From Geosiphon pyriformis uo1 (Eukaryota; Fungi; Glomeromycota): a stretch of 64,000 nt of DNA. Location of the stretch: assembly GCA_016748015.1 (NCBI GenBank), contig JAAOMT010000512.1, positions 1,746,893-1,810,892 on the forward strand. The letters run 5' to 3'. A model generated the notes under the pieces. The model was not told the origin of the DNA. It saw only the letters and a list, made by a program, of their open reading frames with translations, and ran no database searches. Position 1 is the stretch's first letter; each line of letters starts with the position of its first letter. This document shows positions 36,701 to 51,460 of the stretch, piece by piece. Made by a program: the position numbers and the translations under genes.

Positions 36701-39260
36701 ATAAATATTAAAAATTTATTTTGTTTTTTTAAAAACTTAAATTAAGTATATTATTAATTTACTTTTTAAAAATAATACTTTTATATAAAATTATATAAAA
36801 ACTAATATTTATTATATTTACAATATTAAAAATAATAAAATATATGTATTAATTAAGAATTTTTAATAAGTAATATATATAATTAAAAACTTTTTATAAA
36901 TATTTAAATCTATATTATATATAAATACTTAATTTAATTTTTTTATTTTATTATAATAAAAATACAAAATATTAATATATAACTTATTATATAATTTTTT
37001 TTTAATTATAATAAATAATTTTTTATGTATAGCTTTTATAATATAAATATATAGTTTAATTAAAAACTTATTTATGTATTTAAAAGTTATATATAAATTA
37101 AAATATTATTATTTGTAATAGTTAAATATAATATAAATTAACCAATAATAAAATAAAAATTATCAGATTATATAATATCAAATTTTTTAAAAATACCAAT
37201 AAAAATGCCAAAAATTTTAAAAATTTTAAGAATTTTAGGAAAAAATATAAAAATTATTAAGAATTTTAGAAATTTTGTATTATAAAAATTTATATATATA
37301 TAATAATATTATTAAAAGCAAAAAAAAACAATTAAATTTAATTTAATTTTTTACTAAATAACTTTAATAATTAAAAATTTAATATTTAAAAGAAATATTT
37401 ATCTAATAAAATTATTATTATAATTATTTAATATTTAAATTTTATAAATTACTAATTATTTTAGTTTTTTAGTATATATAATAAATTATATAATATATAT
37501 TATAAATAAAATACTTTATATTGTCAATATTATTGTATTTTTTAATTTTAATAAATTTTTTATAAACTAAAAAAAATAATAAAACAATAATATTATTAAC
37601 AAGTTTATTTATATATTTATTTTTATAAATACTCTAATAATAATATTAAATTTAAATTAAATAATATTAAATTTAAATTAAATAATATTTAATTTTTTAT
37701 TATAATATTTATAACATATTTTTTTTTAATCAATTATAATTGCAAAAATTAAATATCAACAAAGTTTTATTAGAAATATAAATAGTTAAAACTATGTAAT
37801 TATTTAAGCTTATTAAAATTCTGCTAAAAAATAAAACATATTAGCAAACATAAAAATTAAACTTTCTATTTTGATGTTAATATTCAAATTCAAATCAGCA
37901 AAAAAATACTAAAATATTGTTTAGTATTTTATAAATATTTAAATTTCTTAAAAAATTATTAGTAAATACATTAATAATATTAAATTTTATTTTTTTTAAA
38001 TACTTATAAATTATATAAAAATTATTAAAATTATATATATTAAACAGATAAAAACCACAAAATAAGACTGTATTAATATTTAATATCTTTTTATTATTTA
38101 AGAATTTAATTGCTAATTTGAATTAAATAAATAGAAAAATCTTTAAAATTCGGTTTTTTTTAATATATAATTTATATTTAATATTTATTATAATAATTAA
38201 TAAAATTTTATTATAAATACAAAAAAATTATATATATTATGTATATATATTATTTAATTATTTTTATAAAATAATTATTTAAAAATAAAATAAATAAATA
38301 ATTTTTATATAATTTATTCAATTTATTTTTAAAAATATTAATATTTTTTTAATTTAATATACAAAACAAAAAAGAATATTAAGTAATTTAATAATTAAAA
38401 TAATTAAAATACCAATAAACTTAACAATAAATTTAATTAAAACCAATACAATTAACTTAAATTTCAAAAAACTAATTTAAGACCAATTATAACAATATAA
38501 TAAAAACAGTAAAAAATACAACAGTAAAAAAAACCAATAAAACAAAAATCTTAATATAATAAACTTAAATTATGTATTGTAATTAATATAACTATTATAA
38601 AATTAATATAAACACTAAAAATTAGATAAAATTAATATTTTATTTTTTACATAAAAAAAAACAAACTTTAAAAAAAAAAACTTTTTTAATATTTTAAAAA
38701 AATTGCTTGTTTTAAGTAAAAAAAAAATTATTTTTTTAACCATTTAAACAGATGTAAAAAAAGTAGTAAAAAAAAACAGTTTTATTAATTTGTTATTAAA
38801 GATTTTAAAATTTTTTATAATAATAATAATTATATTAAAATTAATTATTTGTTGTTTAAAAAAGATTTTAAATAAAAAATAAACTTTTATTTAAAGCCAA
38901 AAACAGTGTTTTAATAGTAACCAAAGATCACTTTGATTTTATATTACTTAAAAAAAATATTATTTAATTGTTTATATTTAAAAAAAGCTTTTTAACTATT
39001 AAAACTAAGAAAAAAAATATCAAAAATAATAATTACAACTATTTTACTTTTTGTTTTAAATGTAATTTTTAAAATAAGAAAAAAAAAGTTTTTTATTTTT
39101 TTAATTGTAAATATTATAATTTGTTATTAATTATTTTTGTATTTAATTAAAATATAATTATTATTTATCAAATTAAAATTTATAAAAACATAAAATAATT
39201 TAATAAATAATTTTTTTATGTTAAATACAATGTTAAATAAAAAAAAATTATGTTTATTGC
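33800..39260. other. Extreme AT-rich desert, partly made of eroded retroelement relics
   Basis: G and C nearly absent; contains recognisable LTR relics at ~34380-34575 and 35295-36226. Confidence 0.75.
35295..36226 (+). mobile_element. Heavily eroded solo LTR of the Gypsy 1/2 family
   Basis: Ends TATTAC...TGTAATA (from TGTTAC...TGTAACA); flanks CCAA/TCAA; TATA region, hairpin block and U5 end (caagttataagtttgttattt) colinear with the LTRs. Confidence 0.8.
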
Positions 39261-39730
39261 CAATTGCTATTTTATCAGTTATACCAGTTATTACAATGCT
39301 TATGCAATTTACTACATATATTAAAGCATATGTGTTTAAATTTTAACAATTGTAATAACAATAAAAATCCAAAAAAAATTTGTAATTCTGTGTTGATTCA
39401 TTCCATTTTGGTTGAACTAATGTTGTGCTTAAAGTTTACAAGTTTTTATTTGAAATGATAATTAATCAGTTTTGCTATCTTACATCCACACTTTTGCATC
39501 AAATCTTACATTTTGCGCTTCTGAAACTATATACATCACCATATTAATTCTGACCCTTTTTCTTATATACTTTATACTTTTCCAAAAGCAGAATGGTATG
39601 GTGATGAATACCCCAATGTTCCGACCTGTATCATTTTATGCATGTTTTATCGCGAAATTTGAATCTATCTACCCAATTTTTTGTGTAAATGTCTAATTAT
39701 TCTTGTAAGTATGCACATCTGAGTCGTTAT

Positions 39731-42700
39731 TTATCCATTTATCTCGAGTAGATTGGAAAGGTGGGGCATTCGATTTCGTCGCTGATTCTCACTCCACGTG
39801 CTTTTCACGTGACGTGAAAGAGGTTCTTTGAAAGATGGCTCCTGTTGTAGGACTTCTTGTAATTTGTCGGTGGGTAGTTGTGAGAGTACGGCGAGAGAGT
39901 TGGGTTGTGTTACCTAAAAATGTGTGTTAAGTGTCAATTGATTAGGGTATTTTTGATCCAAACAAAATCAAATAGATTTACAATAATGAGTCTTTCATTT
40001 ACCTTACAGCAAGCAATGAAGCCTTTCCACACTTTTGGTTTATCCCATACTTTTTTCGTGATTAAACGCGATAGCAGGCTTGTTACGAAACCGGCAAGGC
40101 TTTTGTACTTTTGTACGCTATCCATCAACTGTTCATTACAAATCATCAAGATTTGTCAGATCTAATGTAATAAAAGAATCAAAACCTCTTTTTTTTTTTT
40201 AGAAGGGTTACATACCGTCCTCATTAATAAATTAGGTATATCGGGCTGGTCGACCAATTGTTGAAGTACAACGGCTAGTACCTCTGACTTAAAGATGTGG
40301 GCTATTGAAATGCAAATGCGAACCGCTAAGATGGATCATAAGACAAAAATAATCAATACTGTATTAGACATAACAAAAAACTTTGTAGATTCTATATGGT
40401 ATTAAGAAATCCAAACTAGGAATAAAATAAGTGATTACCTTCGGCCAACTTGGACAATGGAACTTCAGAGTCCATATGATGTAAAGCGACCAGTAGTTCA
40501 GTTGGTGTTAGTCGAGCTGTATTGGCGTTACCATTTGAATTGGATATGTTGTAGGTGGATGTATTGTTCTGATTTCGTGCACCTTGCGAGGATCCAGCAC
40601 CAGAGGAAGCATTCTGTAACGATCCAGAAAGGATCCTGACAAAGACTTCCCTAACAGTTCTTTTTTGAGATTCAGAGCCATCCAGAAGATTAAGAACTTT
40701 CGGAAGATTGCGAATTATTTCATCCTGTTCATACAAATTAATCGAGAATAAAAACAGATATAAAGAGATGGATTATTAACCATTCCCAAATCGAAAAACC
40801 ATAATTTTAGACCCTTTTGATTTCGTGATTTACCTTCTCTAAACCAGATATAATTGGAATCAAAAATCGAGAATCCAAGTTTCTTTCGGTCATGGCTAAT
40901 TTGACTGTATTTACCAGTTGGGGGGATGGCCTTACTGTTTATCATGAGAAGATGGTTAAGAATCACGTGTATATTACATCGAAAAGCAAATTAAGGCGCA
41001 GTATAATGCTATTTCACATAGGCATATCTTACCTTTTTCGGTCAAGATTATCACAAACTTCAATGCCATGTTAACACATCCATCGGGGAAATTACGTATG
41101 AGTGATAATAATTTGGGGGAATTAGACCCAATTGATTTAATAACCGGATTCATGCGCTCCATGACCAATCTTCGGTTCAATTGTGGAGCTTTTTCATATA
41201 CCCAGAAAAGCCTTTTGTTTAAAAAGAGCCGGCAGAGTAAGAAAAAATGTAATAATTTATACAAGGGAAACCAAAATCTGAACTGAATAATATCATTTAA
41301 CATCCAACGAGCTAACGTATTAATAAATACATACTCATTTAATAATTCATGCTTTTTGGCACATAAAGTGAAATATAGCTCTAAATGTCTGACGACTTCT
41401 GACTCCGTCCATTCAGTATGTTCTGGAACATTTGTGGCCGCAGAAGTCGTGACGACCCCATGGGTTTCCAGTATATTAGGATCAATCTTCATATTTTCCA
41501 GTTGGGAAACCTGGTTATTCACATGTGCAGTCGATGATGATATTGAATCATGTTCAATAGCCGTTGATCTAAGATGGTAATGATAATCATATGATGGTGA
41601 TGGCATTTCTTGACAAAGAGATCGGAGCGACTCCAATGCGAATGATTCAATGGCAGCTCCGGTTGAACTATTATCATGTAGCCATTGTTTGAGCGCGATA
41701 ATGGCCGAGGAGCGCGTTGGCCTATCTTTTAGCATACGAAGATAAGCGAAAAAGCCTCGTTAAATTTATGAACCACAGAAATAGTGTAGCTTTTGTCTCA
41801 TTATTACCTTTATGTATGCAATAATTGAGGAGAATTTTCAAACAAAATTGTCGTGCAGGTGGCCGCATTTCGATTAAGAGGCGTAGCGTCGAGAATCCGA
41901 GTTGCATCCTGTTTTAGTTGAAGTTGTTTCCCATAATAAAAAATCGGCAGACTTTCAACGTAATTCGAAATTTTACATACCTATCCGGATCATTACAATA
42001 AATTTTTATACGATCCACAACATCTTCCGGCAATTCCGGTATGTCCAACAAAAAGTTGGTGAAGGTTTGGTCTTTGGCATCCAATGCTGGCATGGCACTA
42101 TCCAACAATCGGCGAAGCCAGATCGCATAATTGGGACGCTGTTTTTTCGTGCATCCCGAGGGAAATCGAGAAATTTGCCGGTAATAAATCAAATGCAAAT
42201 TGAATTAGATGAATAGGTTGAAATTTCATCCCCTATCAATAGATCATTGTGGTTGGGCACTCAAGAAAAATTCTTGATAGTAAAGGGAAAACTCACATAT
42301 GAAGAACTATTTCGTAGCATTACATCGTCATGATACCATTCTTCGTATAGCCAAGTTAATGCCAATTCCATCCTGTGGTGGCATAAAAACATTCGATGTG
42401 AAAGTAGGATAAATAAATAAGTGGCTTGAAAAGAAATAATTACATATTTAAATCTATTCTTCAATATATGAAATTTATGGTTTAATTCTGTGTTCATGTT
42501 TATTTCTACGAACCTGCCTCGAAAATCTTCAAGCAAATATTTCACCATTAATTCTCTCAATTCATCATTTTTCTCATTTGCTTTGAAAATATTGATTACT
42601 TCAACATCACCTGCCCCACTTATATAATCTATGCCCTCCGTATTTGTATCATAATTTGCCTTTATTTTGACATCGATGATGCTGTCAGATTCGATTTTAA

Positions 42701-43374
42701 CATCTAGATCAGACATATCCGCAATTTTTTGCGGTGGTGACTTTGGAGAACTTTTTTCCTCAAGTTCCCAATCTGTGTTGAGCCCTCTAGTTAAAAGTCT
42801 AGATATTACCATCATCCATTGTCCTTTTGATATCCCCGAACTTTGGGACAATTGCGTCACCGCTGTCTGCATAACACTATTATCAATTTTTGTTAGGGAT
42901 CCCGTAGGGAGTTTGCTTTCGGCATTAAAAATGTTTTTTACTCGTGTCTTCATCAGGGAGCGACACAATTCATGTGGTAAAGGTTCTGGAGGTGGAAGAG
43001 AATAAGGTTGAATCTTAAAAGTTTGTACGGGTCTCCCTGAAGGAATAGTTAACTGATTAGGCTCAGCCTGTTGTATATTAGATTGTTTTGTTATATCAAC
43101 TGTTTTTGATAAGGCTGTTTCGGTTTGGGATATAACATCAGCCTCAATATTTTTTAATTGAGATGCCTCTTCAACAGTTGTGACTGACGGCATCTCAACC
43201 TTTGGTGTTATTGAGACAGTTAGTGATTCTTCCTGTAGTTTAACTTGGTTTGGGTCAATTTTAAAAGGAGGTGTGGGGGTAAAAGGCAACGATACTCTTG
43301 ATTCCGATAAAGGGAGAGGTTGGGGTAATAGGGTCACGTTCGTAGGTTGAATAAAGGTTGAGGCAACCGTGGCG

Positions 43375-43425
<51 letters not shown>

Positions 43426-45800
43426 AGAGGAGGCGGTGGGGGATACTTTAGGACAGATTTAGGAGGTGTTGGAGGTTTCCCAGCAGTTGAAGGAGTTGGA
43501 GATCTAGATGTCAAAGGGACAGGACTTTGAGCTTTGGTATCAGCAATAGATGCTCTTATCCTGGGATCACGAAGTCTATTATCACGTTTAGGTAAACTTG
43601 TCTTGGTAATCGGAGGCGTAGCCGGTAAATTGGAAGTTTGAGTGAACTTTTATAGGAAAAATAATTATTTAGCCTTGATAAATTTTGGAATATCCAAAGA
43701 GTTTTGAATAGCAAATATTTGAAGCATGCCATAATTGCTTGATTTAGCCGTTCAGGAGTGACCGTTTGCAAAGCCATCATAATTATTTCCACAACCAATT
43801 GAAGGGGAAATCGCGTAACGTCAATCTGACTTAATAAGGCATGTGTTGATCGTTAAGCAATAATATTAATAGTTCGAGAAAACAAATATAGTGTGTTTCC
43901 GAAAAGGATATTATTCAGGTTTAGCGAGTTACTAGTATCATTTCCTTCTAATCGCTGTCTTTTCGCAGACTCAGATTGTGTTGATGCCCATTCCCTTTTA
44001 AGAGAACTCCGACCATCAGTAATCTGGGGCGGCAGCAATGAGCGGAATTGTTTAGGAAATTGAGTAAGCTCTTGCTTTCCTCCCATAGCAATTAAAGTAT
44101 CAAAAATTTGCATAGCAAACGGGGAAGAAGGTTGGGCTCTAAAAACATGGAAAAGAGAATACCCGTTAATTAGAAATCAGAGAATTTTCGCTAGTAAATA
44201 TATTAAAGTTAAGTCATCAATATTACTTTAATAATGATAACAGCTGAACTTTGATCGTTTTTTCCACGCTATTCATCTGTATTTCGCCAAGGTGCTTTGG
44301 AGGGTTTAGAGTCCATGCATTCAGCATAGTCACAACATTTTCAATATATTGTGGGCGAGCTCTTAAAATGGGGCCCAAGCAATTGATAATGGCTGTTATA
44401 ACATTGCTTGATCTACAAAAAAAAATGTTTGAAATCAATTAAATACTATCAAAGGGTCCAAAAAGCAGAACATTATCAAAAATGATTACTCACTCCTTAC
44501 GTAACAGCAAGAGCATTGAATGAAGGATAGATATTGCCTCTTGTTCAATCAAATGAGGGTTTAATACAGGATGAGAGGGGGAACATAAGGAGACAGATAC
44601 ATCATCGTATTGTCTCATCTTAGGGATTAGATGGAGGAAATATATGAATGCCTGAATAATCGTGGCAAAATGCTTTTGATAAATTAGGCATTCTCCAAAA
44701 AACCATACCATTGAATCGTGGACACGGCGTGATTGTACAATAACCACAACTTGTAAATACTTTATGACACAGGCTTTGATTCCGTCGATTGAACTTGAAA
44801 TGCCCAATAAAGAAATTATTTTGTTTTTTATTTCGGCCGCAGATTCCCATGCCTGTAGCCCGTTTGTTTGCCTTTTATTGCATCTATGATGATGGATGTG
44901 TGCGAAGATCAGCAAACAACAGGTTGGGGTAGCAATAGATGCAAGTTTGGGAGATTTTAGTTTTCAAATCAAAATAATAAATCGAATTATCACTAAGGAG
45001 ACTAGCAATTGGAGAAGTGACTAGACTCACATCGTTCTGAATAGGAATGGGTATATACTGGCGTTGCACAGGATGGTCTTCTTTATAACGAGAGCGGTTT
45101 GATCGTTTTTTATTAAACTCTCTAAGATTGGCAAGGCATTTGATAATACTTATGAAAATATTTAAATTTGACAATAAAGTTAAGGTTCAATAGCTTTGAT
45201 ATCAGATTTTGATGAAAATACGCGTATTCCTTTGAGTTTTTATAAATGACCCAAAAATTAACACCAAACTCCAACCAATTTGATTAACTATTTTTTGGAT
45301 AAAAGATTTCACTATAATAATAAAATTCCCAAATATTTTCGCGTTATTTTTTTGTTATTTCCCTCTAATGTGAGAGTAGAGAAAAAATCCACCATTTGAT
45401 CTTATTATTTTGCTTTGATCAGATCTGTAAAGAGCTTGATGAAAATTATTGGATTGTCTCAATTGGATACTAAATGTAAAGAAATCGTGGAAAGCCCATA
45501 TATCACAAAGCAGATCAATTTCCACCTTTAAAAAAGGATACACGACTCGCGTTGTTCCCAGGTGAATGGAGCTCTGGATAACAGATACTCAAGAAAACCC
45601 ACAGCCCACTCACGTATTTGTTCGTTTGAAGCGCGAACAAAATTTAACGCAGCAGTCAACTGTGGTTCAAATAGATCGGAACGACCTTCGACCAGTTGCT
45701 CAAAAGCACATAATGACTCTAGTATTGTTTTTGCATCTGAGCTAGGGTCAGCTGCGATGTTGAGCAAAGTCGCTACTTGAGCTTCGGTCGAGGAAGCCAT
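39731..45800 (-). CDS. SYMPK: Symplekin/Pta1, mRNA cleavage and polyadenylation scaffold (multi-exon)
   Basis: N-terminal helical region (ACVIKYLQVVVIVQS, ILRARPQY, SVEKTIK); MELALTWLYEEWY, FTNFLLDIP, LIEMRPP; C-terminal LAGFVTSLLSRLITKKVWDKPKVWKGFIACCK, VLSQLP; exon edges not all resolved. Confidence 0.88.
43375..43425. repeat. (GTA)n microsatellite encoding poly-Thr in symplekin
   Basis: About 17 perfect trinucleotide units. Confidence 0.95.
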
Positions 45801-46994
45801 TTTGTTACGACAATATTAGATGTGCTATAAGCAAAAGCAAAAGCAAAAGTTTGGCAGTTTGCTAACACCGTAGAATATTATTTCAGTAAATTTCCTTTCA
45901 CCATAATAGATGTGCAACGCCAAGAATAAGGAGTTATAAAGCGAGAGATTGTGATTTGATTGGTCAAATTTTTGTTAAATCAAATTTTCTCAAACAAAAG
46001 ATATTCCGATAGAAGTTCAGATAGAAAACGATTATTTGCCACGAAATGTGCCTTAAAGAGTTTTGTAAAGATAGAAGTTGGTTGAACCCATGTTGGATCC
46101 CTGATATTCTTTATATATTATTTTCACAACGAAGTCTTGACTATGAGCTATTCATGTCAAGGATCTTTATTGAAAGTCAGAATAAAACAAAAGAAAAATA
46201 TGGTTGAATTTTTCTGAATCCAATCTTGATACCATCACAAATTTGGGTTTTCCAGTTTTCTATGCTAAATCATGATTAGCTATCTAAATTTTTAAAATTG
46301 GGAACTTGTTTTTTCTTCGAGTAAAGATTTCATTGGCAGTTGGGATACACTTTAAGGCTAGGGCATTTTCTTTTTTTTAATAAATAGCTTATTGTGTATT
46401 TATATTCTTTTTTCCATAATTTTATGCTTAAAAAATATGCACATAGTTTATTTTTAAAATACTGATAAATTAAAAAAAAATTGGTTATTTTTACACTTTT
46501 ATGTTAACATTAAAAATAAATTTTAATTAATTATGTAATTTTGAGTTAAAATTATATAATTATTATAAAAATAATTAATTTAATATTGATAAAATAATTA
46601 TATAAGGAATTTATATATAAGTTATGACAAATTAAAAATATAATTATTAAAAATAGTTATTATATTTACAAAAATAAAAACTTAAAATAAATAAAATTAT
46701 TTAATAATTAGATTGAATATTTATTTTAATAAATATGTTGTTACTATTTAAATTTAAATTAATTATTATTATTATTAAAATTAATAATAATAATTGCTTT
46801 TTATATTAAAAATTGCAATTCTTTGGTTTATGTTGTACTTTATAAATGTTATTTTTAATTAAAATTTAATTAAATTATTTATTATTAATACTTTTGGCTT
46901 AAATATATTTTTAAAATTCGTTTTTTTATAACTTTTTAACAAAAAGAACTGCTCAAGGTTTTTCATTCAATAAATAAATCTTAATATTCTATTC

Positions 46995-48278
46995 TTATTC
47001 ATCCTCCGTAATATCAGAAAAATCTGATTCATTTTGGTCTTCTTCGGAATTGTAATTTTCATCTTTGATACCCTCCTCCTCCTCCTCCTCCTCCTCCTCC
47101 TCCTCCTGCCGCTGCTCATCATCATGCTCTTTGTACAAATCGTCTAAAAATTTTTTATATCTTTTTTCAAAGTCAGGATCAAACTCTTCTAGATCTAATG
47201 TTAATAATTTTACTTCTTCCCCAAGGTTATTGTCACCTGTAATTCTATTGTTAGTCTTGCTAAGCATTTTTCTTAAAATTTCTTTTTCTTTTTTTAAACC
47301 TTCAACTTCACGTTCTTTTTTCCAAATTTCATTTTTGAGATTTATAAGATTAATCATTTCCCGTAATCCTAAAATTAAAAAAAAGGTAAGTTAAAAAGAG
47401 TAAGGTCTAGATGTATTATTTTTAGTCAAACAAACCTTGGTTGAAACGCATCTGTGCCTCGCGTAATGACTTTGGTACCAATAAGCCAAACCAAATCAAC
47501 GGATCTTTTAAAAGGAATTTTTTCACGGATTCGTGTTTCTCTTGTAAAGACGTGTCGTTATTATCAGAGTGATCTTGCTGGGCGGTTTCCATAATAGCTA
47601 GTGAGTTTTTACTACCATTCACGCGTTGACGTAAACGATTAGATTGAATCGTTTCCGAGTTAACAATATTGGAGACAAGTGGATCTCTTTCTAATTGATG
47701 AAAAGTCCCATTGACTAATGACAGGGTATAATTATCATAATTTTTATCATTGCTACTACTTGAAAAATCAGAGAGATGGGTATCGTCAATGGGACTTTGG
47801 CTCACTGGAGATGAAACTAAGCTAAAATATGTAAATCAAATCAATAAAAATTTTATGAAAAATCAAACTGAAATAGCATAATCATCACGTACATACACTC
47901 TACCAGTCGCCTGCATTCTTCCGTCATATTGACGTTGCGATAGGGAACTTGGTCCCATAATGTATTTTGCATGAGCTATCGACATGAAACCCTTTTACAA
48001 AAAGTAACCAAGTGTAAATTATTACCGAGGAACATGAAAAATGACGAAAACCGAATAATCAAGCGAAATTTCTGTTTAACCAGTATGTTTTCTAAGGAAA
48101 TTCCTCATATTTCAATTTTACTTACACTTTCTAGTTCTTTACTGATACATTTCCATTGTTCTTCATATTTTGAGACGAGGTCGAGATATTCCAGCATAGC
48201 TGCGTCAAGCTTTATTGAGATTTGAAGGAGTTTTGTAATCTCTGTGGTGGTTTCGTGATTCGTTGTAGTTTCGGCCAT
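46995..48278 (-). CDS. VMA22: V-ATPase assembly factor Vma22/CCDC115 (4 exons, acidic C-terminal tail)
   Basis: LDAAMLEYLDLVSKY..|GFMSIAHAKYIMG..QYDGRMQA..KDPLIWFGLLVPKSLREAQMRF; GT-AG introns join ORFs 48105..48287, 47422..47805 and 46995..47357. Confidence 0.85.
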
Positions 48279-50269
48279 TCTAAACATAAGATTAAAGAGG
48301 GAATTAGGGGGGAAGTGAATGACTTTTCAAAATTCAAATTGATTTAATAGTAATCATGTGATTTCGATTAGACAATCCGATCACATGATTGTTTTAAAAA
48401 TGAATAGATATTAAGGATAGGATGAATAGTATTTTAGGTATTGGTTAGTACAAGAATCTCGATAGTCATATATTTCAAGCAAAAGATATCAATCTATCAA
48501 TTTGCCATAATGTAATATTAGCGAGAAATTAGATCCTAAATTATTATTTAATAGTGTAGCCGAATATGTGCAAAACGCAAAAGAAATGATCCAGAGTAAC
48601 AGCCTATGGTAAAATTTTTACAAAGGAATGAGTTTATTTATTATAAGATTCTGTTAAAGGGAATCGGAATAATATAAAAAATAAGAAATTTCTGAACTTT
48701 AAAAAAAAAAAAAAAAAGCAATGACTCCTACTGATCTTTTTAACCATTAAACATTGGTAAAATCGTCCCTAATACCTCGATTGAAAGAAGATCAAACATG
48801 AAAATGAAATCAATAAATCTATAAAGCGAGACAGGAAAAAAGGGTAATTGACGAGAAATAACTTACCAATTTTGAATTAAAAGTATTATTGGTATAATCA
48901 CCAATAGACAGAGAATAAAATTTATCCAAAAGACACAAGTAAAAAAAATGCTTGTTCCTCTTTATCATGATTTAGGCCAAGAGAAATATCACCATATCTT
49001 TTGTTTTTTTAAAGTTTTTGGCTCACCAGTTATGGAATCTTGGAATTATGAAATTTTTGAAATAAAAACTGATTCTATACGTTCAACTGGTTTATTTTTC
49101 ACCACCACCACTTTCAATTTAGTCGAATATAGTCTTGCATAGGTGGAATGGAACTAGTCGTTACACAGCGAAGGTTTCAAAGCTTTGAAGATTACCCAAT
49201 CTCAAAGAGCATACTGTAGGGAACTTTTTAATGAGGTGTTTAGGTATATAGGTATATTTAATGACATAATATTATACATATTTATAAGTGCTAATGAAAA
49301 ATGGCTAAAATGTTTTTTGAAAAAATGTAAATTGAATTAAAAGAACATACATTACAATTTTATAATTCGGAATATCCATAGAAATTATCTATATCGCAAA
49401 AACATTTTTTTTAATACTATAAAGTCTCATTTTAGCCTAACTTATTTTACTTTTGATGAAAAAAATTGGGCATTATGGACATTTTTGGGTATTGATGAAA
49501 CATTGTAATTTCTATTTTGTCGAATGTTTCATATCGTGAATTCAATTGAAAAGGAAATTTTAAAAGACCATTAAAAAGTTTCAGCTGAGTTACAGTTGTT
49601 TGTTTACTAGACCCAAAAATATTTGTTTGCTGCCTTCAAAAGTTTCATATCGAAAACTTGAGATCATTTATAATTTGTACATTTTTTCATAAGTGATTTA
49701 TAGAATGATAGAACCTAAATTGCTTTTCTTGTATCGAGGTGTTGAGTAACTGACCGACGGAAACACCAACCAAAAAGTCACCGACTCATCGGATATCTTA
49801 TTGGAATATTATTTCCGAATAATCAGCCAATACCCCCCAAATTTATAAACTCAGGACCAAACAGCGCTCTTCAATAAACGCTAAACTCACAACCTCCTCG
49901 CGTCCTTTCGCGTATTCATCTCACCAAGCCGTCTATTGCTAACCTCCCTTTTAACTCCAACACAACCGCTCGTTTACGGATCGTGTTTAAAATACAAACA
50001 TTCACTTATCATTCGAATTATAACCATCATTGAAACACGTCTTACTGCGCATATCTTCCAAAAGGACACCTTCTATCTCATTTTTCCGCCCCTCAAATAA
50101 ACTTTTCCCTTTTATATATTTATTTTTCTTTTCGGAGAAAGAGGAGTAGTATGCTCCCAAAACTCGGTCAACTGAAATAAAAATACCTCCTTTAATTTTT
50201 CAATTTTGACGGCAACCCTTTAGATCTCGTCCTCTTCATATATTTCACTAAAACCGATAAAACCCAAAA

Positions 50270-50679
50270 ATGTCTTCAAAACATTTATCATCATTTTCGC
50301 ACTCACATAATCATTGTAATCAACCCTCTCATACTGTTCCAAATACGGTAATACCAAATCTGCTTCCATGTTACAGCCCTCAAACGATCATTGGCTTCTT
50401 AGAGCAGGCTGAGACAACCAAAGAGCCTAATTTCAATGTCAGAATGGTAACCGAGAAATCACCTACAACCGCCAAGGTAACAATAAATTCTATAATAACC
50501 TTTACATTGCCTCGCGTTTCGCTCAATCAAAACTTGGTTAATTCAACGACAACGAGGAATCAACCAACGTCGCCGAGTGATTTTACATCAAGTCTAGCTT
50601 CGGAAAGTTCCGCAGAAGAGGATGTTGTCATAAATAAAAATATTGTTTTGATCAAAGCAGCATCGTCATCATTATTATT

Positions 50680-50715
<36 letters not shown>

Positions 50716-51460
50716 TCCATCATCATTATCGGCTGTTATCAATGAAACTCCTCCTACAACTCTCCTTCCAATTAATCAATCACTTGTGATTCATTCAGGC
50801 GCGACGAACGTATCATCAAGTTCAGCAGCTAGTTCCTGTCCGCCTTCTCCACGCCGTTCTCAAAGAAAAAGAAAAGCTAATCGACGTGAACTCGATAATT
50901 ATGAAATAATAAGTCGTCCACGTCTTTCCGGTCCAGCAACGCGTCTACGAGGAAATAGATTTGCTGAAGAGCAAGAAGAACAAAGATTATTAGAATATTA
51001 TCTCCCTCGGACGGCTGAAATTCCGGATTTAGAACCTTCTTATCCGGCAAGACCAACCTCTTTATGTAACGTGATGGAATTGGATGTGAATAAAAATGTC
51101 AATACAAAATCAAATGAAGGAAATAATCCTCCAATCCCACCATCTAAAATTGAAGTTATGTCGAAATGGACGACTCGACAACGTAAATTATTTCTGGCCG
51201 CGTATCTAAAATACGGAAAAGATTTTAAGAAAATCGGTTTAGCGTCCGGCAAAACCACAAAAGAATCTGTAGAATTTTACTATTTAAGTAAATATACCAC
51301 GGAATATCGCGCCGCCAAATTGATGAAGAAAGAGGAAGTCGCTTATTTTGAAAGATTAGGAAAAATCGAGGGGAATATAAAGATTATAAAGAAGAATTTA
51401 TTCCCGGAATTGGCAATATCAATGAAAAAGGGCAAAAAAAAGAAGGCGAGCCGATATTAA
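50270..51460 (+). CDS. SANT/Myb-domain nuclear protein, Ser-rich disordered N-terminus
   Basis: 396-aa ORF; KWTTRQRKLFLAAYLKYGKDFKKIGLASGKTTKESVEFYY is a SANT motif; basic NLS-like tracts; (TCA)n poly-Ser. Confidence 0.85.

Noticed and set aside
46995-47357. Independent acidic protein gene
   Set aside because: Joins the Vma22/CCDC115 frame as its last exon through a GT-AG intron
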